Shown one piece after another: positions 49,093-58,400 of a DNA stretch of 64,000 bases. The position numbers were made by a program, and so were the translations under genes. This stretch comes from an uncultured archaeon. Its GTDB lineage: Archaea > Asgardarchaeota > Thorarchaeia > Thorarchaeales > Thorarchaeaceae. The notes under the pieces were generated by a model, which did not search any database, was not told where the DNA came from, and saw only the letters and a program-made list of their open reading frames with translations. Position 1 is the first letter of the stretch. The number at the start of each line of letters is the position of its first letter. Where the stretch lies: positions 224,001-288,000 of the forward strand of contig CAZLEV010000002.1 in NCBI GenBank assembly GCA_964558645.1. Direction: 5' to 3'.

Positions 49093-49883
49093 TACTCTTC
49101 ATCCTCCTCTGAGTAGTTCTCTGATGTGCATTCCGATTGCTCCGCAGAGTCTTCGGGTTTGCCCTCGTCGAATTCGACACCCACTTCGTCCTCATCCTCT
49201 CGAACTTGGCCATTTGTCAACTGATACTCAACCCTGCTGGTGAGCCATTGAGCGAGCCGATAGGCAAGGCGGCCTACCACAGTCACATAATAGGTACCAC
49301 GGACCTCACCCTTGATGATATATCCTGCGTCCAGGAGAGGATTCAGATGATGTGTCAGAGAACTCCCGGTCTTCCCGGTGTGAGCCTCCAACTCGTTGAA
49401 CGACTTCCCGCCATCTTTGAGGAAGTCCAGTATCTTCAGACGTTCTTCACTGCCAAGTGGGCTTATGACCTCCGCCACACGTTCGGGCGGAATCTTCTCG
49501 ATCTCCCGCTTCTTGTGCTTGCGTCTGTGTTTCACCTTGAACTGGGGAAAGTTGAGACTTGCTTCGATTCCCTCAATGCCTCTCAGGCTTGCCGAGATCT
49601 GCTCACCTAGCCCGTCCATCATCTCTTCTAGACTCTCTGTGAGACCCTCAAGATTGATGGTTGCACCGTAGGGTCTTGGTGGATGAGGGGGACCAATCTT
49701 CTTTGGAGGGATAGGTTTCTTTGGACGTTCATGTCTTGGATGCCGTCGCCGTCCCTCTGACTCCCTCAGTCGCTTCTTCTCTTCACGAACTTCCTCGACC
49801 TCCTTCTGCAGAGCCTCCTTGAGCCTGCGAACTTCCTCGAGTTCATCCTTGATTCTGTCTATGTCATCACTCAATTGTATCAC
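49092..49883 (-). CDS. ArsR-type winged-HTH regulator with N-terminal coiled coil
   Basis: PLGSEERLKILDFL...SFNELE..TG..GSSLTHHL..L..AGYI....RGTYYVT..G. Confidence 0.85.
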   Translation of the reverse strand: MIQLSDDIDRIKDELEEVRRLKEALQKEVEEVREEKKRLRESEGRRRHPRHERPKKPIPPKKIGPPHPPRPYGATINLEGLTESLEEMMDGLGEQISASLRGIEGIEASLNFPQFKVKHRRKHKKREIEKIPPERVAEVISPLGSEERLKILDFLKDGGKSFNELEAHTGKTGSSLTHHLNPLLDAGYIIKGEVRGTYYVTVVGRLAYRLAQWLTSRVEYQLTNGQVREDEDEVGVEFDEGKPEDSAEQSECTSENYSEEDEE

Positions 49884-50224
49884 TGATCCTTAGACTATCA
49901 TGTATGAACGGAGTGCGCTTGTACCATAGCGACTGACTGGAATTGTAATTTCTTCAGTGTCTGGTGTCAAATGGTTACCATCGCATCCTGAACTTTCAAT
50001 CTCCTGCAGTGCAGTATCGACTTCGTCGCACATGATTCTCGCCTAACTGTATTACAGTACATTATTACATATAAGCGTTTTCATTCGGTCAAATTACAGC
50101 AAGGCCAGCAGGGTCAAAATAGTTTTTACTTGGTTATGAACTCATTATGGATAATCTAAGCGGAGCATAGACAAGCAAGTACCACTCAAGTTGCTCTTAG
50201 AGATACAGACCCAAAATACACGCC

Positions 50225-50241
50225 TAAAAAACCCTTATTAA
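50225..50241 (+). promoter_or_regulatory. Putative BRE/TATA promoter of the histone gene
   Basis: A-run followed by CCCTTATTAA, upstream of the histone CDS; a similar AAAAACCCTTTT lies upstream of the ABC operon (~26606). Confidence 0.45.
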
Positions 50242-50381
50242 CAATATACAGCCTCTCTATACTCTCACGCCTTGGTATTGGATGTTTGCGTGGATGCGGA
50301 GGAGATGCCCCCTCTCATCGATTGAGGGCACATCCACGATGCGTAGACGTTCAGCCAAAAAGAGACGGGTGTGCAAAAAAG

Positions 50382-50579
50382 ATGGCAAAGAAGAAGAAAG
50401 CAACTAAGACGGACTATGTAGTCAAGAAAGCTGTACAAGATTTTGCTCGGGCAAATGACATGATGGTTGGATCCGATTCGTATGATGCGATAAACGCGGG
50501 AATCCATGCCATGCTAGAAGGGGCAGCAGAACGCGCTAAGGCTAACAAGAGAAAGACTCTCAAGGCCTACGACTTCTAG
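50382..50579 (+). CDS. Archaeal histone-fold protein with short Lys-rich N-terminal extension
   Basis: MAKKKKATKTDYVVKKAVQDFARANDMMVGSDSYDAINAGIHAMLEGAAERAKANKRKTLKAYDF; histone A..RA....RKT....D motif. Confidence 0.88.
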   Translation: MAKKKKATKTDYVVKKAVQDFARANDMMVGSDSYDAINAGIHAMLEGAAERAKANKRKTLKAYDF

Positions 50580-50698
50580 TTCTAGTATATCCGTTGGGGC
50601 GTGCTCTGCAGAACGCGCCCCACTATTCATCCGTTCCCTCTTATCGGCTTGCCCAAGAGCCAGACGCTGCTTTGACGCTAGAGCGTTTGAAGAGGATC

Positions 50699-51592
50699 TC
50701 ATCCCAGCCCTGCATCTTCGAGAAGATAGTCCATAACGCTCTTCCAGATCTTATTGTCCTCACGCATCTTGTTCTCAAAATTGTTGGTGTTGATGTATTC
50801 TTGCAGAGCAATCTCAGCCGCTTTGCTAAAGCCCTCTTCTGAGGGGGTAGAGAGATAGCCGAGCTCTGACAGTGCCTTCATAATCTTTGAAGCAACATCA
50901 CCCTTTATTGTCAAGAGGTTGCTTGGGTCTTCACGGCTCAGAAGAGTCATGTCATAGATGGAGAAGACACGCTCGAGCTCCTCGATGGGACTTGAATGGT
51001 CATCAACACGGACATCGACATACCTGTCAGTGCCTCCCTCGTAGCCGCCACCCTCCCTGACCACCAGAATTGCAGCTGACTGCATACCACGACGGTCCCC
51101 TCCCTTGCTCTGTCCTGCCTTCAGCGCAGCAAAGAGCCTGTCTATGAGGTCGCCTTGTGTGGCCTCGAAGGTTTCAGCCATAGCACTGACAACCTCAGGT
51201 CCAGATAGGATGTTCCCCTGACAAGCGTACTCGTCACCCACACGGTGCCCGGCCCACTCCATGCACTCCTCACCAGTATGCACAGCCACATTCCCCCTGG
51301 AGTCCACGATAGCTACCTGTCTGTGTTCACGTCCCTCATCTGCAGCAAGAAGGACATCCAAGACCTCGGACGCGTTCATTCCACTCTTTAGAAAGTCAAG
51401 ACCCTTCGGGCCATACGAAACATTCGCCCACGCCTGGGTTGCGATTGCCCCGATCTCGGCCTCTGCCCAAGGGACAAGAGAGCCCACTGCAGGGAACTTG
51501 CTCTGTACTATCACTCCGAGGTCCCCGTTTTCAGGGTCGCGGGCAACCATCGAGAACGTCGAGAGCCTCGGGAGACGTGTGTTGATACTCAT
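50699..51592 (-). CDS. DUF1028 family Ntn-hydrolase-like protein
   Basis: TFSMVARDP, AVGSLVP, GAIATQ, RQVAIVD, CQGNIL, GGDRRGMQSAA, VRVDDH. Confidence 0.9.
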   Translation of the reverse strand: MSINTRLPRLSTFSMVARDPENGDLGVIVQSKFPAVGSLVPWAEAEIGAIATQAWANVSYGPKGLDFLKSGMNASEVLDVLLAADEGREHRQVAIVDSRGNVAVHTGEECMEWAGHRVGDEYACQGNILSGPEVVSAMAETFEATQGDLIDRLFAALKAGQSKGGDRRGMQSAAILVVREGGGYEGGTDRYVDVRVDDHSSPIEELERVFSIYDMTLLSREDPSNLLTIKGDVASKIMKALSELGYLSTPSEEGFSKAAEIALQEYINTNNFENKMREDNKIWKSVMDYLLEDAGLG

Positions 51593-51722
51593 GTCCTATC
51601 CACCAATCAGTGTACGTCAACCAGACTAAGAGATCTTCATGACATAAAACCATCCGGGTTTGATAAGATTACGAGAAGAGCTAGATTGAAGAGGAACGGA
51701 GTCAAGATGATTGAATCGGGTG

Positions 51723-52064
51723 ATGGTCGAGTTGGAGGATATCTCAACTCTCACGTTGTGCGGACATGACTGTTCATTCTGTCCCAGCTTCAGAGGAGAT
51801 GCCGAGCAACGGTGTCAGGGATGTAATGGTCAGAGCGGCAGGCCATGGTGGGGCGAGTGCAAGGTGTACAGATGCGCCGGCGACAGAGACGTCGACCACT
51901 GCGGGCTTTGCAATGAGTTTCCTTGCGACTTACTCGCAGGACACTACGATCCTGACAACCCAGAGGGACAGAAGAATGCAGTCGTGAGAATGGGAGTCTT
52001 GGCCTACCGACGAAGACATGGGGATAGGAACGCTCTGGCGCTTCTAAGGAAGACAAGAGGATGA
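51723..52064 (+). CDS. DUF3795-like Cys-rich protein
   Basis: CGHDCSFCP, CQGC, CKVYRC, HCGLCNEFPC. Confidence 0.82.
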   Translation: MVELEDISTLTLCGHDCSFCPSFRGDAEQRCQGCNGQSGRPWWGECKVYRCAGDRDVDHCGLCNEFPCDLLAGHYDPDNPEGQKNAVVRMGVLAYRRRHGDRNALALLRKTRG

Positions 52065-52091
52065 GGATCTTGCACGCGGGGTGGGTAAGAT

Positions 52092-52346
52092 ATGGAGTTT
52101 GATGGTTATGGAACGCCCTGTCTGCTCTACTGCGGCTCGTGTCGCTACTTCATGAACGCGGAATGCAAGGGCTGTGGAACGGAGAGCAGAGAAGGGTGCA
52201 GCATCTACGAGTGCTGCAGGAACAAGAGGGGTCTGAAGTTCTGTTCAGAGTGTGAACAGTTCCCCTGTGACACCCTGAAACAGAGCGTGGGAGTTCATCC
52301 CAAGTGGCTGGAGGATCAAGCCCAGTTTCCGGCAAAGAAATGGTGA
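52092..52346 (+). CDS. DUF3795-like Cys-rich protein
   Basis: CLLYCGSC, CKGC, CSIYECC, FCSECEQFPC. Confidence 0.82.
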   Translation: MEFDGYGTPCLLYCGSCRYFMNAECKGCGTESREGCSIYECCRNKRGLKFCSECEQFPCDTLKQSVGVHPKWLEDQAQFPAKKW

Positions 52347-53095
52347 GAATCGATTGAGGGCTGCGAAGAAGCCGGACACATGTGTGTAGGTGCTTATTGA
52401 TGATGGTACTCTCTTGAGGCCATCCCTATACGATACAAGACCTCACAGAGTCATTCCCAATACCGTTGCTGGGTGGGCCATTCTGGCCTCCTGCGTCTAG
52501 GTTACAATCAACGCTTTGGCAGATTCATCAGAAGATATACCCCCGACCGAGTTCCCTCCAGAACCCCCCAAATCAACGCGAACATAGTCACAAATTGTGA
52601 CTTCATTGTGTGACCCTCCATTGTGGCTTCGCATTATATACTGATTCTGAGTGGTATTCCTTGTGAAATACAATGGCTCTAGCTACCAATGACCAAGTTT
52701 CATTCGAGAAGAAGAACAGATTCCAGGGCAACACCCACGCGGTCAACGCCCTCTACTACGCATACATCTATCGGAGGTGATAGCACAATGGCAATTACTC
52801 TGGACAACAAGCATCCCAAGGACAGCATCCCGAAGAGGCAACTCTCCACGAAGGCTATCGCGGATGCCTACTTCAGGAGATAGAATCACCATGGATGATT
52901 CTACAGAAAGAAACGCATCTGACAGGGCGAACGCCAGGTCAGACCGCAGCAAGAGTGGCTCACTCTCGCTTGCTGAAGTGCTCGCGTTGGAAGCAACGTG
53001 AGCTTTCTCCTTTTTCCGCAAGTCCCGAACCAGACTATGCATGAGTAGATTCATGCCCTGCTGCAACCGTTCATTGTAAGTTGGCTCTTGAAACA

Positions 53096-53635
53096 CTATC
53101 CCTGCTGCCTATTGATCCTGTGGATATAGACGAGCCCAATGATAGAAATCAAGATAGGAATTGGAACCGGTATCAAGCCTGTTAGCATCCACATGTCAGG
53201 CGGAGAGGACAGCGTGGCCAGCACTGGCATGCAAATCTGCACCACCAATGCCGCAAAGACTGAAACCAATCCCAGTGAGAGTCGGTCGACATCGCTTCCT
53301 CCCTTCCACACGACAACTGCAAGGAGAATCCCAACTACAAGAATTACGGAAACAACCAATGACTCCAGCGCAATCATGGGAAAGTCTGCGGTTCCAACAA
53401 GCATGATGAATGCAAACGCACCAGACTCACCAGAGCCGAGGTATAATCTCCAGAAAGGAAAATACCAGATGAAACCATGGACAAACAGCGCTGTGGTGTA
53501 TTCTTGAACGGCATATGGTGTGAAAAGTGTGCTGATGACTATGAGCACAGGCAGTAGGTTTTCTGCCTTTCTGAAATCTCGATTCAACTCGATTCCACAC
53601 CACGGGATCACATATCTCGTGTAAGATTCACCCAT
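53096..53635 (-). CDS. Hypothetical multi-pass membrane protein
   Basis: About 4-5 hydrophobic segments. Confidence 0.65.
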   Translation of the reverse strand: MGESYTRYVIPWCGIELNRDFRKAENLLPVLIVISTLFTPYAVQEYTTALFVHGFIWYFPFWRLYLGSGESGAFAFIMLVGTADFPMIALESLVVSVILVVGILLAVVVWKGGSDVDRLSLGLVSVFAALVVQICMPVLATLSSPPDMWMLTGLIPVPIPILISIIGLVYIHRINRQQG

Positions 53636-53730
53636 GGAAGCTCATATGGTTTTTGAATCCAATCCCCAGCGCGGATTGGGGCAGTACCAGCAAGCCTCTA
53701 TGAAAGAGATTCGGGAGAAATAACCCCCGG

Positions 53731-53773
53731 AAGGTGTTCAACCATAAATCTCAGAAGCCGCCAACCTGTTGAG
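53731..53773 (+). repeat. 43-bp intergenic repeat family 2, copy 1
   Basis: AAGGTGTTCAACCATAAATCTCAGAAGCCGCCAACCTGTTGAG; 40/43 identical to 58288-58330. Confidence 0.88.
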
Positions 53774-53984
53774 ATTCAAACAACAAGGGTCTTCGTGACA
53801 GGGATTAGGCCAGAGAAGCATGGACTATCACAGGCATGATAATCTCAAGATTTCAGATATTGGACTGGGCTGCTGAAATAAGAGCCAAGTGATTTCAATG
53901 GTGTCCACAGGCGAATCCATTCGTCCCCTTCTTGTGCGCTAGTTTATATTGATTTGAATCCTCCACTGTGGGAAGGTTTTTGAT

Positions 53985-56825
53985 ATGAAACGCGCTCTAC
54001 CACTACTACTTCTTGCTATATTCTTAGTTGGCATTTTTGCTGTGCCTGAAGACCCGAATCGGAACTTCGCACGCCTAGATGAGATATCGCTTGATGATGA
54101 GATTATCAATAAGGATATTGTATCGTCTAATGGGCCATATCAGAAACTTATCCGGGTGGCGATATATGACCAACCGGAGGCGGAACTCCCAACATATGCA
54201 ACAGGTGGAAGATATACGAACAACGTCCAGAATGTCGCTGAAATATTGGATGCTTCAGGTCATGCTGTGACTGTTTTGTCCAACCAAGAGATTCTTGATC
54301 ATAAGCTCCGGACTGTTGACTTCGATGTGTTCGTTATCGTCGACAACTTACCCCGCGATAATATCACCGACATTGTTAAGGAGTACTGGCTTGGAGGGGG
54401 TAGTCTCCTTTCATTTAACGGAGCACTCGGGTTCCTTTTCTATCATGGCATGATGTACCCCGGTCTTGAGGGCGACTTCGGCCTAGCTGGAGCTGGCTCT
54501 CTGCAAGACTGGAACTACAACTCTGTTGGAAACCTGGACATTACTGCTAGACATCCTGCAGCCAAGGATTACCATATCGGTGATGAGATTTCACGTCCTG
54601 CTGAGGAGAATGTAATCTGGAATAACAATGCTATGCCTGACGAAATTGGTGAGCATTTCACCACTATTGCTACTGATTCATCCTTTCCAGCCACAGGCTT
54701 AGTATTTGGAATCGACAACCCCGATAGGGGCGGAAAGATTGTCCAGATTCCTGGAGACTGCAGTGTTGTTTCGCCGTGGCAGGAATCTATTCTCCTTGAT
54801 GCTGTAGACTGGCTCTGTCCTAGACCAAAAGGAAGGATTCTCTTTGACCTATCACACAAACCGTACTACGGCGTTGATCTTTGGGAAACAGGATATGCAA
54901 GCTTCCCCAATAAATATGCAGACTGGCGCGATACTCTTGTGAATAAGACTTACACATTTGACAAGCTCTGGCCATCAGCAGACGGGAACCTGACCGCACA
55001 GAATCTTGCAGGCTATGATATACTGATTGTTGTAGCCCCAGGCCTTAGCTTCATAGCAGATGAAGTCAATGCAGTCACGAACTGGATAGACTCAGGTGGG
55101 AGTCTACTTGCTCTTGGCGACCAAGAAGGTTTCTTTAATGATGAGCAAATCCATATGAACTACCTTTTGACTAGCTTTGGACTGGAATGGAACACCACGC
55201 ACAACGCAGTCGGCACGATTGATGGGATGACAATCCATCCCTCCTGTGAGAGTGTGAATCTACTAACTAGTGGCCTTGTTGGTATAGTCAATTACCAAAG
55301 CCCTGCATTCCCGGTCGTGACAACAGACCTTGATGAGATCATAGTTGCTGCAGAGGAGTATGGAGATGGTCGAATAGTACTGACTGCTGACATCAACTTC
55401 TTTGATACGAGCAATATTGAGGACTCGGATAACATGAGATTCGGCGTGAATCTTGTCAACTGGTTGTCTGCCGCAAAAGCAAATGTGTTGGTCTATACAG
55501 ATGGCGGATGGAGGATTGACACGGACTACAATTACTATAGGTCTCAGCTGGCCAGCGCGTTGAACGAGTTGGATCTCAGGTTCCAGATGTCCAACAATGG
55601 ATCATTCTTCAACAATAGTCTGGTCAACGAGCAGTGGGACCTTGTGATCTGGGATCAGAACTATCAAGGCATGGATCCGTACCATGGCCATCTAATGGAC
55701 TACTTGGATTCAGGAGGCCGTGCGATTGTTAGGTCGTGGGATATTAAGTCTGCTGATATCTGGGCATATCTAGGGATAAAATGGAACCATACTGTAGAGA
55801 TATCTGGCCCCATGCCTGTCTATCTCTGGGAAAGCGGACATGAAATCTTTCACATCCCACACGACTATGGAGCAAATAACATCTCAGCCAATGTCAACTA
55901 CTATTTCACTGACTACACGTACGTTGAACCTTATGCAAATGCTACTGCTATTGCGGGGATAACTGAAACTCCTTCAGGTAACACATCTGCTATCATCCTC
56001 AACAACGAAGTCCCAGCAATAACAAATGCATTCTCGATATCGCAGTATCTCAATGACACTGATGACTCGACATACCCAGACGGATACGAGATATTCATGA
56101 ATGAAATTGCATATCTTCTGCGTCCTACGATAGATAGCCCGAGTGACAAGGTCGTTGAAGTAGGGAGCACTGGAGAAACAATCACTTGGACTCCTAGCAG
56201 TGATCGACCACACTCATACAAGATAATGCGGAACGCAATCGAGATAGAGAGTAATCCATGGAACGGTAATCCCATCACTCTGGATCTGATGGAGAACAGC
56301 CTGGGTACTGTGTCCTTTACCATCACCGTCTATGACTCAGCGGGCTATTCTGCAACCGACGTGGTGTCTGTGACAAAGGAAGACACAACAAGTCCAACAC
56401 TGGTAAACGCCCCAACGAACCTCCAGTATGAGGAAGGCAAGCTAATTCATCTCTTCAACTGGACCTTTAATGAACTACTGCCAGACACCTATGTTCTCTA
56501 CTTCAATGAAACTCTGGAAGAAACCAATCCTTGGGACGGCTCAATGATTTCTGTCAATGTCGGAGGACTACCTGTTGGAATCTACAATATGACCCTCCGA
56601 GTCAATGACACATCCGGGAATCACGCGACATCCTCAGTCTTTCTGAACGTCACAGCGGTTCCCACAACAACGACTACAACCACAACCAGCACCACAACAA
56701 CGACTAGCACTACACCACCTACTGCATCACCTCAAGGTGATAACGTCATGTTGATTGTGATCATTGCGTTTGCAGCGGCTGCAGTAGTCATAATCATTAT
56801 AGTCGTTATGCGGAAGAGACCTTAG
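53985..56825 (+). CDS. Large membrane-anchored surface glycoprotein with GATase-like (DUF4350/GIFT-like) domains and Ig-like domains
   Basis: Signal peptide; ILFDLSH...DILIVVAP...WIDSGGSLLALGD...GRIVLTADINFF; many NxS/T sequons; Thr-rich linker, TM and RKRP. Confidence 0.82.
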   Translation: MKRALPLLLLAIFLVGIFAVPEDPNRNFARLDEISLDDEIINKDIVSSNGPYQKLIRVAIYDQPEAELPTYATGGRYTNNVQNVAEILDASGHAVTVLSNQEILDHKLRTVDFDVFVIVDNLPRDNITDIVKEYWLGGGSLLSFNGALGFLFYHGMMYPGLEGDFGLAGAGSLQDWNYNSVGNLDITARHPAAKDYHIGDEISRPAEENVIWNNNAMPDEIGEHFTTIATDSSFPATGLVFGIDNPDRGGKIVQIPGDCSVVSPWQESILLDAVDWLCPRPKGRILFDLSHKPYYGVDLWETGYASFPNKYADWRDTLVNKTYTFDKLWPSADGNLTAQNLAGYDILIVVAPGLSFIADEVNAVTNWIDSGGSLLALGDQEGFFNDEQIHMNYLLTSFGLEWNTTHNAVGTIDGMTIHPSCESVNLLTSGLVGIVNYQSPAFPVVTTDLDEIIVAAEEYGDGRIVLTADINFFDTSNIEDSDNMRFGVNLVNWLSAAKANVLVYTDGGWRIDTDYNYYRSQLASALNELDLRFQMSNNGSFFNNSLVNEQWDLVIWDQNYQGMDPYHGHLMDYLDSGGRAIVRSWDIKSADIWAYLGIKWNHTVEISGPMPVYLWESGHEIFHIPHDYGANNISANVNYYFTDYTYVEPYANATAIAGITETPSGNTSAIILNNEVPAITNAFSISQYLNDTDDSTYPDGYEIFMNEIAYLLRPTIDSPSDKVVEVGSTGETITWTPSSDRPHSYKIMRNAIEIESNPWNGNPITLDLMENSLGTVSFTITVYDSAGYSATDVVSVTKEDTTSPTLVNAPTNLQYEEGKLIHLFNWTFNELLPDTYVLYFNETLEETNPWDGSMISVNVGGLPVGIYNMTLRVNDTSGNHATSSVFLNVTAVPTTTTTTTTSTTTTTSTTPPTASPQGDNVMLIVIIAFAAAAVVIIIIVVMRKRP

Positions 56826-56883
56826 TCCGGTGGAGACTGCAGAGAGTAGTTTCCTCTCCCTTTCTCTCCTGAAACAGGATTGA

Positions 56884-57186
56884 CTATACGGGTGTCAGAC
56901 GCGTAGCCTCGAAATCGGTTCGGATTTCTTTCACTCTTTCAGTCAACTGGCGGTACTTCTCGTCCTCTCTCAGTTCCTGCACAGTCTTCTGGTACTCGTC
57001 TTCGTTCTCGTATCGTGCCATGTAGTAGCTGACATGCGGATTCTCGCGGTCCCGCCAGTGGCCCATTATGTCCACATCATGCTTCTCATAGAGGTCCATG
57101 AATTCCTGTCGGAGGTTCTCTATCTTCTCTACCCTGTCGGGAGTGGTTTCGTTTCTATACATCATCACTAATGCCAATCGAATCAC
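56884..57186 (-). CDS. NIPSNAP-like protein
   Basis: LYEKHDVDIMGHW...YYMARYE pattern; 100 aa. Confidence 0.7.
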   Translation of the reverse strand: MIRLALVMMYRNETTPDRVEKIENLRQEFMDLYEKHDVDIMGHWRDRENPHVSYYMARYENEDEYQKTVQELREDEKYRQLTERVKEIRTDFEATRLTPV

Positions 57187-57632
57187 CTTAGTTTACTATA
57201 GTTAATTCTGTGTTTATTAAGATTGGGAAATCGCTACCGGTTGCGGGAGGGGGCTCGTGTGACGTGGTGATGGGTTCTTTCCGTATGTTGGTCTGAATGG
57301 TGCTCTGGGAAAAACAGCTCGTTAGTCGGTATGAACGGAGAAGTGCCATGTGGAATCGTGTGAACAACAAGACACAATGCATGGTGGTTGCCTTTGGTTG
57401 CCAATAGCGCTCTTGGTGGCTGGAGGCAGAGGATTCAGCGCAACATGTATTGCTCTGAAAGAAGGGTGGATCTCACTCTATGTGAACAGACCGGAGCATG
57501 CTTGTCTCTCCGCCTGATCTCGTCGATGATTGCAGAAACCACATCGAACAGCGCAGTCATGATACCAAAGTCCGCAGTCTAGAAGATCTGAGTCCAAGGC
57601 CTTTGTTCACGGGAAACATGGTGTCATCTTTC

Positions 57633-58052
57633 TTACTGGGAAAACGAACGAGGTGTCCAGACAATGGCAAGAATGCCGCCTAATACTCCAAGTATCACGC
57701 CTAGACCCATTCCGCCCATTCCTCCAAAGATGCTCAGGGCTGACAGTACTATGATTGCTGCACCCCATCTCTCATGCTCATAGGGCCTTCTACGCAGCAT
57801 TATGGCAGAGAGCACGACACCTACTCCGGACAGAATGCCCAGATAACCTGCGGCAAAACCCAGGGTACCGAAATCCATGAAATGCAAGTGCCCATCAATG
57901 CCGTGCATGAAACCGTCATACCAGTTCATCCAATCGGGAAACCAGCCAACAGCCATGGCGTAAAGCCAAAGCACTCCTGCTGTTGCGATTGCCAGACCAG
58001 CAACAAGGGATATTATGAACGCTCCTTCGGGCCGGTCATCCATCTCATTCAT
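57633..58052 (-). CDS. Hypothetical membrane protein
   Basis: Four Gly-rich TMs (AFIISLVAG...WGAAIIVLSALS...GVILGVLGGILA). Confidence 0.7.
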   Translation of the reverse strand: MNEMDDRPEGAFIISLVAGLAIATAGVLWLYAMAVGWFPDWMNWYDGFMHGIDGHLHFMDFGTLGFAAGYLGILSGVGVVLSAIMLRRRPYEHERWGAAIIVLSALSIFGGMGGMGLGVILGVLGGILAIVWTPRSFSQ

Positions 58053-58287
58053 TTTGTCTCATCTCCAGTTCTTGGCATATCCAGTATCATCAACTCTTAC
58101 GTTCAGAGCACACTTGCAAATGGGAATGCCCCTGAACGCATCGGCTTAACTATAGTTATCGGCCTATAATAGGTTGCCGGTTCGGCAGAGTAGCAGAGGG
58201 ACTGTTGAAAACCGGAGCCTCGGGGGGTTTTTCACGGCAACCATAGTGTCGCTCGAGGACATTCCTGCTGGATGGTTGGAAAACAGC

Positions 58288-58330
58288 AAGGTGTGCAACC
58301 ATGAATCTCAGAAGCCGCCATCCTGTTGAG
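58288..58330 (+). repeat. 43-bp intergenic repeat family 2, copy 2
   Basis: AAGGTGTGCAACCATGAATCTCAGAAGCCGCCATCCTGTTGAG. Confidence 0.88.
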
Positions 58331-58400
58331 CTGTACACAAGAAGGTTCAAGAACCGAATCTGCTATCAAGGGATTGTAGTAGCTGAGGGGTATTCCCAAG

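Noticed and set aside
49902-49913. GTATGAACGGAG shared with 57329-57340
   Set aside because: A 12-bp match is expected by chance in 64 kb, and the flanks do not align.
52743-53096. 117-aa minus-strand ORF
   Set aside because: No recognisable motif, and its start includes the non-coding repeat motif; probably spurious.
56660-56722. ACA/ACC-rich tandem-like repeat (also near 40100-40155)
   Set aside because: It simply encodes Thr-rich stalks of surface proteins.
58196-58240. IS-end-like GGACTGTTGAAAACC with an imperfect inverted repeat
   Set aside because: No transposase, partner end or target duplication was found.
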